Below, piece by piece: positions 24,745-35,394 of a stretch of 64,000 nucleotides of DNA. Below the pieces are notes generated by a model. It was not told the DNA's origin, ran no database searches, and was given only the letters and a program-made list of their open reading frames with translations. Numbering within the stretch: position 1 is the stretch's first letter; each line of letters starts with the position of its first letter. The DNA comes from a virus. Where the stretch lies: positions 48,592-112,591 of IMG/VR virus record IMGVR_UViG_3300028837_001424, one strand, 5' to 3'. The translations under genes were made by a program, and so were the position numbers.

Positions 24745-25449
24745 ATGGCTGTGGATTGGGTTCATTTGGCACCCGTTATCCTGACAGACGATCTTTTCTT
24801 TAGTTATATTGGAGATCCGGTTTATACGGGTACTTCAACCCAGCGCGATGCTGCTTATTTAATAGCCGAGCAGGAAATGATCCAAGAGATCAAGACGCCA
24901 CTCTTGCCCACGTCGATGACAGGCACTTGGAGGTATCCAGGTATTTATGGTAACCCAACCATCGTTCTACCTTATCAAAAGATTAATACTGTAGACAGCG
25001 TTGCAATTCTATATGGTGGTGGTACTGGTGTTTGCGGCCTACAAAGTGTCGCCGGCTGCCATCGGATTAAGAGTGATACATATGGATACATTGATGCTCA
25101 TTGTATAGGCAATCTTGCAATATTAAATTGCGGTTGCACTATTACCGATATGTATCAGGTTCGAGTAGCTTTTACGGCTGGTTTATCAACTGGCATCGCC
25201 GCTGATGACAAGTCATTACACATGGCATTGGCGATGATCGCAGAGCAATATTTAACAGAGATTATCGATCCTGGTGCTAGTCCGGGCGGGCCAGGCGCAC
25301 CTGGCATTGTAGGTTGGTCATCATTGGGGTACAGCGAGAAAATGAATCCGGCTGCATTAAAGTTGACTCCAATGGGGGCTAGTGGAAGGATGAATGCGGT
25401 TAGACGTATGGTCCGGCACCTTAAAAAGAAACGTGCCCTGAGGTTCTGA
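24745..25449 (+). CDS. Putative head-tail adaptor/connector
   Basis: Position before head-closure and neck genes; S.SSLGYSE-type C-terminal motif. Confidence 0.5.
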   Translation: MAVDWVHLAPVILTDDLFFSYIGDPVYTGTSTQRDAAYLIAEQEMIQEIKTPLLPTSMTGTWRYPGIYGNPTIVLPYQKINTVDSVAILYGGGTGVCGLQSVAGCHRIKSDTYGYIDAHCIGNLAILNCGCTITDMYQVRVAFTAGLSTGIAADDKSLHMALAMIAEQYLTEIIDPGASPGGPGAPGIVGWSSLGYSEKMNPAALKLTPMGASGRMNAVRRMVRHLKKKRALRF

Positions 25450-25835
25450 TGCAGCACCTTGTAACCAAATTTGATGTTTATCGGATAACTTTTGCCGACG
25501 ATTCGGTTGGTGGCGCAGAAGCAACAAGTAGTCTCACTTATAAAAATATCAGAGGCACTATGCTGATCAGGCCTCCGTCTCAACTTCTCCTTGAGCAGGG
25601 CCTAGAAACGCCCAGAGTAGCCGATGTGATTATACGGCCTCGACCAGGAACAGCTACTTTATATGAAAGAGATCAATTGCTGGTAACCGGGCCTCCAGGA
25701 CATCCAAACCTAAACGAGCGCTGGCGCATCGAGAGTGTTCAGCAGCCTGATATGCACCCTAAAAATCGGAGGACATTTTTCAAACTTAGGTGTACTCGGA
25801 TTGATCGAACAAGGACGGAATCGGCGGTAGTTTAA
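25449..25835 (+). CDS. Putative head-closure protein
   Basis: DDSVGG..., ERDQL...WRIESV pattern and synteny. Confidence 0.55.
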   Translation: MQHLVTKFDVYRITFADDSVGGAEATSSLTYKNIRGTMLIRPPSQLLLEQGLETPRVADVIIRPRPGTATLYERDQLLVTGPPGHPNLNERWRIESVQQPDMHPKNRRTFFKLRCTRIDRTRTESAVV

Positions 25836-26401
25836 TGGCAAATGTTAGAAGGCGTAGTAGCAATAGCGAGATCAGAAACCGATTAATCATTGGCGGTTTA
25901 AAGGGCATTCATGCCTGGGCGTGGTTAGTCTCTCAGCGCGCCCAACACTACGCGCCTGTTGCACAGCATCATCTTTCGCCCAGTATACATCCAGGTTTGC
26001 CACATGTTGAAGATGAAGCAGTTTTCAATAACAAGGTTGGCACGAACGTTGAATATGCACGAGCGCATGAATACGGATCTGGTATTCACGCACTTAATCC
26101 AGCAGACAGAGAACTTATTTTAATTGAGGCTGGTTATTGGACAGGTAAGAGTGATAAAAAAGCATTATCTTTCCATTGGCCCGGTGGGCCAAAGGATTTG
26201 CCGAATTACGATCCCAAGAGAGATAAATTTGTCTTTACTAGAGTTTGGCATCCTGGCGTGCCAGCAGCCAACCAAGGAGAGGGCTTCCTTAGAAAAGCAA
26301 TGAAAGAATCGGCCAAGGAAGGACGCAAGTTATTTCTCGACGCAGTGTTTGCCGAGTTTCCCAAAACTGCCCATCATCTTGGATCTTTGCTAGAGGACTA
26401 A
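25835..26401 (+). CDS. Neck / tail-completion protein (HK97 gp10-like)
   Basis: AQHYAPV, VGTNVEYARAHEYG, HPG, FLRKA. Confidence 0.65.
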   Translation: MANVRRRSSNSEIRNRLIIGGLKGIHAWAWLVSQRAQHYAPVAQHHLSPSIHPGLPHVEDEAVFNNKVGTNVEYARAHEYGSGIHALNPADRELILIEAGYWTGKSDKKALSFHWPGGPKDLPNYDPKRDKFVFTRVWHPGVPAANQGEGFLRKAMKESAKEGRKLFLDAVFAEFPKTAHHLGSLLED

Positions 26402-26402
26402 C

Positions 26403-26843
26403 GTGATTGACAATGCAGTTATCCAAGCGGATCTGGTAACAGATCTAAAAGCAGACGGCACATTAACTGCTTTGTTGGCTTCGGAAGATGAAGTAAGAGA
26501 GGATCAATATCAAGGCACAGTATTTGGTTATCCGGCAGTAAGAGTTGCTATAGACGGCCAAACACCTATAGACGATAGAGAGCAGTGCGATCATGCTCGA
26601 CTCAACTTCACTATTGTTTGTTTGACCGAAACTGGATCAAGCAAAACGTGTGACGAACTTGCTGGTGTAGTAAAAGATCGTCTGCATAAAAGGTTTTTTG
26701 TTGGTACTGGTTGGCGCTCATGGTTTCGTTGTACTGGTTTGCGCTCGGCCGATCGGTTACCTCAAAAACTATGGAGAGCAATAGTTATGGTTTCGGGTGT
26801 TGTTTATCCCACAACGCCTCAGACCGGCTGGCATTCACCATAA
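26403..26843 (+). CDS. Tail terminator (DUF3168-like)
   Basis: LKADGTLTALL...V...YPAV; synteny. Confidence 0.55.
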   Translation: MIDNAVIQADLVTDLKADGTLTALLASEDEVREDQYQGTVFGYPAVRVAIDGQTPIDDREQCDHARLNFTIVCLTETGSSKTCDELAGVVKDRLHKRFFVGTGWRSWFRCTGLRSADRLPQKLWRAIVMVSGVVYPTTPQTGWHSP

Positions 26844-26857
26844 TCGGGAGTTGTTAT

Positions 26858-27358
26858 ATGGCCGAATCAAAAGAATATACCAAAACTACTCTAATGCGAA
26901 TGAGCAAGCCAGACATTTTCGCAGTAGCAAACGAGATCGGCGTCGACTTGTCAGTTTTACCTAAGCTTACAAAAGATTCGATTGCTGACGCCATTATTGT
27001 ATTTTTGGAACCCTATGTGGAAATGAGTCCTGTTGCCGAGGATCATGAATTAGAAGAAGTTGAGGAAACAACCGAACCGCGCGTCTCGGAGCCTGAATCT
27101 GCGACAGTTGAGGTTGAAGAGGTCAAGCGTCAAATTCCAGCGCAGTTTGCAATCGTCGAAACAGCCATCAAGTCACAGTGGCCAGGTCGTCTTGTGGTTA
27201 GCAATAACCCAAGTGGCAAGGAATATATTTGGGAAAAGCCTGGCGATACAATTATGGTGGCAAATGAGGATGTGAACCACGTCATGAGTAGGAACCGAAG
27301 CGAAGCCCGCGGGTGCTGCGGTTCTACTGGTGGTCACATCTATTTTGTATTAGCCTAG
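26858..27358 (+). CDS. Protein combining the 586-1086 N-terminal module and an RGCCG module
   Basis: YTKTTLMRMSKPDIFAVANEIGVDLSVLPKLT...; VANEDVNHVMSRNRSEARGCCG. Confidence 0.65.
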   Translation: MAESKEYTKTTLMRMSKPDIFAVANEIGVDLSVLPKLTKDSIADAIIVFLEPYVEMSPVAEDHELEEVEETTEPRVSEPESATVEVEEVKRQIPAQFAIVETAIKSQWPGRLVVSNNPSGKEYIWEKPGDTIMVANEDVNHVMSRNRSEARGCCGSTGGHIYFVLA

Positions 27359-27382
27359 GTAACTAGGTAATGGAGGAAAGCT

Positions 27383-28018
27383 ATGGCACTCTTAACAGGT
27401 ACTCCTGAAGGCACTATCGTCACTCAGGAAGAGGTTTTCATTGAGGGCGCGCCGTACATCTACTATCAGGACTATGATGCTCCTTTACTATTTAATCCTG
27501 AGACGGTAGGAGGTGTTGACTTCTACTGGGGTTTGTCGGGAACGGCTGCTTACCCCGTGTATGAGTTGGCGTGCTACGAGGATGTTGCACTCGCGGATGA
27601 CCTAACCGTGAATTCGGTTCGATGCGATCAAGTTGGTGATAGGGCGGTGATTCAGAAACGCAACCACCTTGTGTTCACTTTCAGCTTATCGGCCTTATTC
27701 CCGCTCACTACGATCAAACCGATTATCCGTGGCTCAGCGGTGACGACAAGTACTGACTGGGAACATATGGGTATCGGAACGATCAACAATAACCTTTACT
27801 ACCATGTATATCTGCCAAAGGTCTACGACGAGGATGCGGCTGACTGGGTTTCGATAACCATTCACCGTGCTCAATTCGTGGATGCTTGGACGATTGCTAT
27901 GGTGTCGGGAGATAAGTGGATGCTAGGAGGCATTGCGCTTTGGGCATTGTCCGATTCTACAATGCCATCAGGCCAGGAGTTTGCTACGATTACCCGTTTT
28001 GATCGGAGTGCGCTCTAA
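27383..28018 (+). CDS. Putative major tail tube protein
   Basis: Strong RBS GGAGG, 211 aa beta-rich, upstream of chaperone and tape measure genes. Confidence 0.6.
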   Translation: MALLTGTPEGTIVTQEEVFIEGAPYIYYQDYDAPLLFNPETVGGVDFYWGLSGTAAYPVYELACYEDVALADDLTVNSVRCDQVGDRAVIQKRNHLVFTFSLSALFPLTTIKPIIRGSAVTTSTDWEHMGIGTINNNLYYHVYLPKVYDEDAADWVSITIHRAQFVDAWTIAMVSGDKWMLGGIALWALSDSTMPSGQEFATITRFDRSAL

Positions 28019-28025
28019 TCTCGCA

Positions 28026-28673
28026 ATGAATCGAATTGACCTAGATCTAGGTGGGCGCACTTACATGGTACAGCGCGCCCGCCTAGGAACGTATCTTGAT
28101 TTACAAGATCAATTAACCGCGTTGGCCAAGGCTGTTAAGAATCGTGACACCATGGCAATGGCTGATGCTATTTTTGAATATCTTAGAATTGCGATACTTG
28201 AGATTTCTCGCGCTCAATTCGATGAGTTTCCTTGGCTTGAGATAACCTGGGCGTTTGCCAGGGTTGTGCTGTTGAATCAAATACCAGGAAAGCTAGCAAT
28301 GCTTCAGCATAAAATCGGGGGCGGTAAGCCAGTACCTTGGGATCATGGAGAACGCGACAGACTTACATGGATTCATATTATCGCCAGAACTTATCATTGG
28401 TCAAAAAAAGAAATCGAAAACCTCTGGCCCGAAGAGGCTATTGGGCTTATTCAAGAAATACTAGCTGATCAACAATTGGATCGAGAGTTTATGCACGCTC
28501 TGTCCGAGGTGGCTTATGTTTTTAATACACAAACAAAGAAGAGTAAATACGTTCCTCTCCTTCGGCCTCCCTGGATGGTGCTACGAGATATCGAACAGGT
28601 AGTTACACTTATACCCAAGAAAATGCTTCCTGTTGGACACATCGTAAGGGCAGCCGGTGAGGAAATACATTAA
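28026..28673 (+). CDS. Putative tail assembly chaperone
   Basis: Position; IARTYHWSKKEIENL motif typical of chaperones. Confidence 0.5.
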   Translation: MNRIDLDLGGRTYMVQRARLGTYLDLQDQLTALAKAVKNRDTMAMADAIFEYLRIAILEISRAQFDEFPWLEITWAFARVVLLNQIPGKLAMLQHKIGGGKPVPWDHGERDRLTWIHIIARTYHWSKKEIENLWPEEAIGLIQEILADQQLDREFMHALSEVAYVFNTQTKKSKYVPLLRPPWMVLRDIEQVVTLIPKKMLPVGHIVRAAGEEIH

Positions 28674-29019
28674 CGAAATTCCCCAACCGATGAACATCAA
28701 CGACGCGATTGAGGTCATGAAGATCGTCGCGCCTCACGCTCAATATTTAATTAATCATGGAGACACAGGTCCTAGTCTTATATTGGCACTTATTGACGTT
28801 CTTGAAAGCTCTAAACCGACAGATTCTTTTAAACTCATATCGTTGATGCACAACAAATCGGTTGATGAAGTAACCAAAGATATGATTAATTTCGGTGGCG
28901 AGGGCTTAGTTAGTGCGCTCAGTAGTGGCTTTGCGGCAAACCCATTACCAGATATGATAAATGGCGCAGCCGTTATTGGTTTATGTGATCAGAGGTGGAG
29001 AAATGCCAGCGGCGGATGA
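28657..29019 (+). CDS. Hypothetical protein (tail assembly region)
   Basis: Coupled ORF. Confidence 0.45.
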   Translation: MRKYINEIPQPMNINDAIEVMKIVAPHAQYLINHGDTGPSLILALIDVLESSKPTDSFKLISLMHNKSVDEVTKDMINFGGEGLVSALSSGFAANPLPDMINGAAVIGLCDQRWRNASGG

Positions 29020-31723
29020 TTTTGTTGTAGATGCTCTTGTAGTTGAAATTTTTGCTGATGCTCGTAATTTGTTAAAGGGTTTAGAAGAAGCATTGGAAGA
29101 TGCCGAGGGCGAGTTAGAAAAGTGGGACGCTGTTGAAGAGCGGATCTATAATGGCATTGAGCGCATTAAAACCGCCGCCGAGGAGGCTGGTGTTGTATTG
29201 ACTGATGCGTTTATTAAACAGTTGGCCCCTAGCCTAGCTGAAATGGCAAGAATAGCTCCGAATATGGAAAAGTTCGGTGATGCCATGGACGAAATAATGC
29301 CAAAGATAATTGAGGAGGCGAAATTATATGAAAAAATGGATGAAGTATTAAAAGACGTTAATAAGCATTACGCCGAAATGGGCAAGGTAATGCCGCTTGA
29401 AGAGCAAAAAAAGCTTATAGACCAATTGAAGAAACAGATAAAGCTTGGCAATGAGCTTGACACAAGCCAAAAAGAAATCATTGACAATATGGAGAGAGTC
29501 GGAGGGGAGTTTAAAGAGGCGACTGTAGAAGGGCAAGGCCTTGGCGGGATGCTCGGTGGGCTAAAGGGGCAATTAACAGGACTCATTACCAACTTTGCTA
29601 AAGGCTTGGCGGTTTTAACTCTTTTACGAAAAGCGTTTCAATCACTAAAGAAGCTTATAAGCGAAAGTGTAGTTGAGATGGCGCAAGCCGTCGAAACCGG
29701 CTTTGAATTGCAGGCGGCTGTTCGAGGTTACCAGATGGCGGTCGGCGAAGCGGCTGGTACACAGGCTGAGTGGTTAGCATTTACCAAGGACCTACGTGCT
29801 GAGTTCGGATCTACTACTGAGGAAGTCAATAGAATGACATCCGCGGCCGTGACAATTGCCGCGCAATATCATTTAACCGGCGAGGAGGCACAGGATTTAG
29901 CTAGGCACTCTATGGCACTGGCCGAAGTTACTCGTATAGGACCTTTGTCTGCGATGCAGGCATTGACTCAATATATTACTCGTGGAACGATCCCTCGAAT
30001 TCAAGGACTCAATATCAATCTTACCCAGTCGGCACTCCAGGCTTTTGCTTTCAGTAAGGGAATTGAGCAGAACGTCAAGGATTTGTCTGACGCTGATCAG
30101 CAAGCGCTTCGTTATGCATTCGCTCTTGAACAAACGAATTGGGCATTGGAAACTGCCAGCGAGGGTGCAGACACTTATACTGAGCGCTTGGAACGTCTCC
30201 AGATGGAACAGGAAGACGTGAAGGAGGGTATTGGGGCGCTTGCCGCACCGTTCGTTGAATTCTGGGAGCTTATGAAGACACGTACCATTCAAGCGGTTGG
30301 AGTAATACTTGCTACAGTATTGAAATTGTCGGTTGGACTTGGCAAGATTGTTGCGCAAGGAATAATGGCGTTCGCGGTAACGATTAAAGCTGTTATTGAC
30401 GATCTTGTGGCTCGTTATGAAGGAGCCAAGGCCGCGTTTGAGAAGGGGGGCATTGGTGAACTTGCCAAATATTTAATTGAGGGTGGTGAAGATACAGGAT
30501 TAAAAGAAAAAGGGCTACTTCAAACCTTTACCGAATCATGGGAGTCGGCGGGCGAGCAGTTTGATCAAATAATAGGAGAGAAGTTTTCGTCAGCGTTCGC
30601 CAATTTGGCTGACATGTTTGGCGCAAGCGAAGATGATGCCGCCGCTTGGTCAGCAGCAATGAAGGATATGCTGCTCGAAGTTGGTGAGGATATAACGAAA
30701 CTGGCCAACCAATGGGCGACTGGCCTTGAAAGGATAGAGCAACGATTACAGGATGCAATTGCCGACATTCACCTGAATTTTGCCCGACGCAGGCGCGATG
30801 CGGCCATTGATTTAGAGCAAGATCTGGAAAAGATAGACCTTGATTTTATGAGGCGTCGTCAAGAAGCAAAATTCGAGAACCAACTTGAGGAAAGGCGTCG
30901 GCTGGAAGATCACCTGATCGCAATGAAGCGATTAGAAATGGATTATTTGTTCGATCTCGAAGACGCGGTAAGAGAGCGTGATGCTCGTGCAGTAATAGAC
31001 CTCACTAGACGCTATAAGAAAGAAAAGAAAGAGCGCGAGGGGGATTACAGCTTACAAAAACAACGGAGAGAACAGGATAATAAGCTTGATCTTCAAGAGA
31101 TGAAGCAACTTGCCATTCTCAAGAAACTTGAACGTATAAAGGCATTTGAAGAGGAGATGTACGATCTCGCTGTTCAGGAACAGGAGAGAATTGCTGATCG
31201 CCAAGTGAGGGTCGAACGGGAGATACGGGATCTTCAAAAAAATATTCAGAACAAATTACAACTGGAAGCACAGGGTCTAAGCGAGTCTCTTCAATTGAAC
31301 CAGGAATACACAAAGCAACTGTTTGACATTCTTAATGCCGCTTTTGGTGCGGGCGGATTTACTGAGGAGCTTATAGAAAGATATATATCTCTATTACAAA
31401 TGGCAGCATCGGCTACCGGAGGGACTGCTACAACAGCGCCTACGGTCACAACTACGCGGAGACAAAGTGGAGGCGATTTTATTGCAACTTCGCCAATGAC
31501 AATGATGGTTGGAGAAGGTCGACCTGAAAGGGTTAGTGTAACACCTCTTTCGGGTGCAACAGGCGCGCCCATGGGTGGGTTTGGCCAGGAAGGACAGCCT
31601 ATACAAATTGACTTGAATGTTGATGCTGACGAAAGGCTCATCGTAGAAGTTGCAGAACAAACCATGAGTAGGGTGGCCGATGTCATTGTCAGCGTCAATA
31701 GAAAGTCAAAGCGAGGCATGTAA
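29003..31723 (+). CDS. Tape measure protein
   Basis: ~900 aa helical Ala/Glu-rich with coiled coils; C-terminal GG......MVGEGRPERV motif. Confidence 0.85.
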   Translation: MPAADDFVVDALVVEIFADARNLLKGLEEALEDAEGELEKWDAVEERIYNGIERIKTAAEEAGVVLTDAFIKQLAPSLAEMARIAPNMEKFGDAMDEIMPKIIEEAKLYEKMDEVLKDVNKHYAEMGKVMPLEEQKKLIDQLKKQIKLGNELDTSQKEIIDNMERVGGEFKEATVEGQGLGGMLGGLKGQLTGLITNFAKGLAVLTLLRKAFQSLKKLISESVVEMAQAVETGFELQAAVRGYQMAVGEAAGTQAEWLAFTKDLRAEFGSTTEEVNRMTSAAVTIAAQYHLTGEEAQDLARHSMALAEVTRIGPLSAMQALTQYITRGTIPRIQGLNINLTQSALQAFAFSKGIEQNVKDLSDADQQALRYAFALEQTNWALETASEGADTYTERLERLQMEQEDVKEGIGALAAPFVEFWELMKTRTIQAVGVILATVLKLSVGLGKIVAQGIMAFAVTIKAVIDDLVARYEGAKAAFEKGGIGELAKYLIEGGEDTGLKEKGLLQTFTESWESAGEQFDQIIGEKFSSAFANLADMFGASEDDAAAWSAAMKDMLLEVGEDITKLANQWATGLERIEQRLQDAIADIHLNFARRRRDAAIDLEQDLEKIDLDFMRRRQEAKFENQLEERRRLEDHLIAMKRLEMDYLFDLEDAVRERDARAVIDLTRRYKKEKKEREGDYSLQKQRREQDNKLDLQEMKQLAILKKLERIKAFEEEMYDLAVQEQERIADRQVRVEREIRDLQKNIQNKLQLEAQGLSESLQLNQEYTKQLFDILNAAFGAGGFTEELIERYISLLQMAASATGGTATTAPTVTTTRRQSGGDFIATSPMTMMVGEGRPERVSVTPLSGATGAPMGGFGQEGQPIQIDLNVDADERLIVEVAEQTMSRVADVIVSVNRKSKRGM

Positions 31724-32091
31724 TGGCAATTGGCGATTATAAAATTGATGGACATGCAATCCTAAGTCCCACTACGGGACGCTGGTTGCCTCGACGGCCA
31801 CTTGATATTCAAGGGGACAGTAGGGCTATCTATCCTGGCGTAAGATCGTTTGAGTTGAAATGGCAACTTGTTTCTCATGAGGAATGGTCGGATCTGGTTC
31901 AAAACTTCAGTAACATAGAATGGACGGGTACTCACGCCATTTGGATTCCATGCTGGCCAACGGCAACTGGCTCGGCGTTTGCTTTTTGTAATTATAGTGG
32001 AACGTTGCTACTTGAACCGACAATGGGGCCGTACTTCGAAACGTATCCGAGCAATGTTGTACTCGCGATAACGAAAATAGTTGCTGGTTAA
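31723..32091 (+). CDS. Putative distal tail protein
   Basis: Immediately after tape measure gene. Confidence 0.5.
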   Translation: MAIGDYKIDGHAILSPTTGRWLPRRPLDIQGDSRAIYPGVRSFELKWQLVSHEEWSDLVQNFSNIEWTGTHAIWIPCWPTATGSAFAFCNYSGTLLLEPTMGPYFETYPSNVVLAITKIVAG

Positions 32092-32208
32092 TAATAAAAG
32101 TTGGAGAATTGAGAGCAGCGCTTGAACATAGTGGGTTTCTTGTTATCACTGGCTACGCTCTCAAAACTCCAACACTAGGATTGTACCATTAATAACTTGT
32201 AGGTAAAC

Positions 32209-35200
32209 ATGTACTTAACTCCCAATCAACTTACGAGCGTGCGGAACAGGCCTCACCGAACGACTCTCTGGTTGGGCATCTATCAACCTGTCACCGTATT
32301 CTCTGCTCAGATTAATATGCCAGCCATTGCCAAGGGGGAGCGGGCCATTACTGTTACGTCACTAAGCGGCGCGCCAGCAAGCGTTGTGGATGGTATGACT
32401 GCGTATTTTGGCGTTAGTGCGGGCAATAAAAATCTAGGCAGAATCAGAGTTCGGGCGGCAACCGCGACTACAATTACCCTCGCAGAAAACTCTATCAATT
32501 GGTCAAATGGATGGTATCTAACCATTGTTCGGTACTTTGAACCCTGGACGGTTATGCCGCGAATCGTACTTGACGATGACAACGTGCCAATCTTTTATAA
32601 GGACTATGATATTCTTTACACGGATCAAAACCAACTATACGATCCTGTAGTTTGCCTGGGACCGCACCATGCAGGATTTATCGAGTCAGGTATTACTGGC
32701 ACTCATCAGGTATGGTACACGTCTAGTGGGAGCTATGATCCTACACCGGGCGGGGGAATAGATAGTTATGACTGGGCCTTTGAGGGCGGCAATCCTTCTG
32801 GATCTACATCGGCTGATCCTGGCTGGGTAACTTATACTGGTTGCGGGCATTTCACAACTTCGCTTGAAATCACCACGGATGATTCTAAGAGCTTTACAGG
32901 ATATAGGCACGTTCAGATACTAACAAAGCCAGAGAACGCCGTGCCAGGCTGCCTACCGATAGCTGGCTGGGGTTTAAAGAGCCTTGAGGGCGACCGTGAT
33001 GGTGGCGGCTACACGGCAGGGATTTGGGTGCGCCAACCGATCGATCTTGATAATATTGTTGATGGCTCTCTGTGTGTTATTTTCTCAGAGGATTGGGAAG
33101 GTACACAGGAAACCAAAGTCGGCGCAAATGCCGAGAATCGAGATCATACCCTGTTTGTCGGCTACATTGTAAAAGATAGCATAAGATATGATGCGGTTAC
33201 CAGTGTTGTTGAATTTGACGTAGAAAATGCTTTGCTTGTTATGGAAAATTCGTCTACCATTTTCACCGCTATTTTGGATGATAAAAGAACAGCAAGTACT
33301 TGGAACGAATTAAGAGACATGACAATGGATCGTGCCTTGGTTCATTTTTTACGCTGGCATTCAACCCTATTGAAAGTGTCTGATTTCTCTCCCACGGGCA
33401 ATACCAAGAACGTCAAGAGTCAAGTGTTTAGTGGTCAGAACATTTACGAAATATGCAACACGATGATGGAGAGTAGCTTATTGGCTCACATGGTGTCCGA
33501 TAGGCAGGGTAAAGTATGGACCGAGATTGATGCAAGTGTGATGCCTACGGGAAGTGCCCGCATGGCCACTGGTAGCTCGCGCCATGGCATCGGTCATATG
33601 CAAGACGTGATCAGTATGACTCGTCAAGATTGGCGCAACGAGATCTCCATTGAAAGAGAACCCGCTTGTGAATTAGCTTATTTAGAACTAGGCGGCATAG
33701 CCTATTCAGGAAATGTGACTGGTACGATTGATCCATTCCTTTCGGGAGCTCCGGGAGTAGCGCCAGATTATCATGGTGGCATTGAAAGATATAGTGGCCT
33801 TGTTATTGATGGACAAGCTGGACTAAATGAAATCACAGGATATTCTTGGGCAAGAAAAAATGCAGTTTATCCGATTGTAAGTATTCCACTCGCCGGCGAT
33901 TACCGATTCCTTGACATAGCGCCTCAACAAAGAGTTTTGCTTAATGTTGAAGAATCGGATACTTGGCGACGGATAAACTTTGTCGAAAAGTCGTTTATTC
34001 CTCAAGCAATAAGTTACGATTGGAGTGCGGATCATCAAGTATTGCTTATGGACATGGACTTGAGGGAGGAAACATATGGATACCTTGCCGATTCGGTGAT
34101 TATTCCAACAGATCCGCCTTGGGATGATCCAAGATTACCTATTTGGACGATTGATTTTCCTCCAATTATTCCGCCTGAACCTTGGGAACCTCCAATTACG
34201 CCACCAGAAGGTTCTGGCGGGCTAGTTTATGTAATGACTTCCAATAAATTGACTCGAACGCGAAACGGAAATGCACCTACAGGCATCATGGTCAATTGGG
34301 AGGACATTACCCCAAACTATGGAGATGACGGCATTACTGGAAGTATGTGGGGCTTCTGGCTTGATACTGCAGATCCAGAAAATTTTGGTTATCTACACAC
34401 AAGAGTAGGTGCCAGTGACGGTTATATTTATAGAATCAGTCAACTGAATAGCGCAACACCAGTTTATACTGAGATTCTAAATCCTGCTCAATGGGACGCT
34501 ATAATAGGTGCCCCTGACTATGGTGGCCAATTACGTGATTTTAGCCAATCGCCCGTAATGCCGAATGTTTGTTGGTTACTTGGCGACGACGATAGTGGCT
34601 CATGGAGATTGAGAATTGCATGGTCACCAGATTATGGTGTTAACTGGAATCTAGTAGCAACTGGCGAGCGCGACATAAGAGACGAGCGCAATTTGTGTAT
34701 TGATGCATCTGAGTGGTCATCCCCATCCGCATATCAAGGCTGGAATGCATATCGTTGGGGTCAAGATGGCCTTATGCGTACTCAGACGATGGGCGGAGTT
34801 TGGGTACAAACTAACGCGCCGAACTTTAATGAACTACATGATTTTGTTATACCATACGAAGATAATGCGGGAGATAACAAGCTCTATGTATCTAGCGAGT
34901 CAGGAGCAAATAAGGTTCTTTATTACGGTCTAACAATGTATCTTGGCGACTTGACTGTGATAACACCATCATATGATGGTTATAATTGGGGGCGAAAACG
35001 CAGTGGCCAGAGGAGCGGGAATTATAGAGGCCTTGGTGTCTGTCGACATGATTCTAATAAACTTGGATTCTGGCTACAAAGAGCAGTTGCCGAACCAGGA
35101 GATCATGCCGTCTCGGTATTTTTCCGTAGTACTACAGGCCCGTTTGGCCTTGTACCTCTATATTCAATAAATACTTTTATGTGCATCCAAGATTGGCACA

Positions 35201-35394
35201 AGAACAATGACAGTATTCTTTGGGCACTAGGCATGTTGTATAGCTCACAGCCTGGGAAGATTATACGAACACTTAATTTTGGCGATAAGTGGGACGATTT
35301 GACGCCAGCATGGGAGCGGGATATAGGAACAATAGGTGCGCCCGATAATCTAGGTTTTAATCCGATGTCGCTACAGATTTGTTGGACGGTATAA
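32209..35394 (+). CDS. Large tail-tip/baseplate protein with PKD-like domain and C-terminal Asp-box beta-propeller
   Basis: SGSYDP...SYDWAFEGG (PKD); Pro-rich linker; SPDYGVNW, TLNFGDKW Asp-box-like motifs. Confidence 0.65.
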   Translation: MYLTPNQLTSVRNRPHRTTLWLGIYQPVTVFSAQINMPAIAKGERAITVTSLSGAPASVVDGMTAYFGVSAGNKNLGRIRVRAATATTITLAENSINWSNGWYLTIVRYFEPWTVMPRIVLDDDNVPIFYKDYDILYTDQNQLYDPVVCLGPHHAGFIESGITGTHQVWYTSSGSYDPTPGGGIDSYDWAFEGGNPSGSTSADPGWVTYTGCGHFTTSLEITTDDSKSFTGYRHVQILTKPENAVPGCLPIAGWGLKSLEGDRDGGGYTAGIWVRQPIDLDNIVDGSLCVIFSEDWEGTQETKVGANAENRDHTLFVGYIVKDSIRYDAVTSVVEFDVENALLVMENSSTIFTAILDDKRTASTWNELRDMTMDRALVHFLRWHSTLLKVSDFSPTGNTKNVKSQVFSGQNIYEICNTMMESSLLAHMVSDRQGKVWTEIDASVMPTGSARMATGSSRHGIGHMQDVISMTRQDWRNEISIEREPACELAYLELGGIAYSGNVTGTIDPFLSGAPGVAPDYHGGIERYSGLVIDGQAGLNEITGYSWARKNAVYPIVSIPLAGDYRFLDIAPQQRVLLNVEESDTWRRINFVEKSFIPQAISYDWSADHQVLLMDMDLREETYGYLADSVIIPTDPPWDDPRLPIWTIDFPPIIPPEPWEPPITPPEGSGGLVYVMTSNKLTRTRNGNAPTGIMVNWEDITPNYGDDGITGSMWGFWLDTADPENFGYLHTRVGASDGYIYRISQLNSATPVYTEILNPAQWDAIIGAPDYGGQLRDFSQSPVMPNVCWLLGDDDSGSWRLRIAWSPDYGVNWNLVATGERDIRDERNLCIDASEWSSPSAYQGWNAYRWGQDGLMRTQTMGGVWVQTNAPNFNELHDFVIPYEDNAGDNKLYVSSESGANKVLYYGLTMYLGDLTVITPSYDGYNWGRKRSGQRSGNYRGLGVCRHDSNKLGFWLQRAVAEPGDHAVSVFFRSTTGPFGLVPLYSINTFMCIQDWHKNNDSILWALGMLYSSQPGKIIRTLNFGDKWDDLTPAWERDIGTIGAPDNLGFNPMSLQICWTV

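Noticed and set aside
28026-29019. Programmed frameshift in tail chaperone genes
   Set aside because: No convincing slippery heptamer located at the junction
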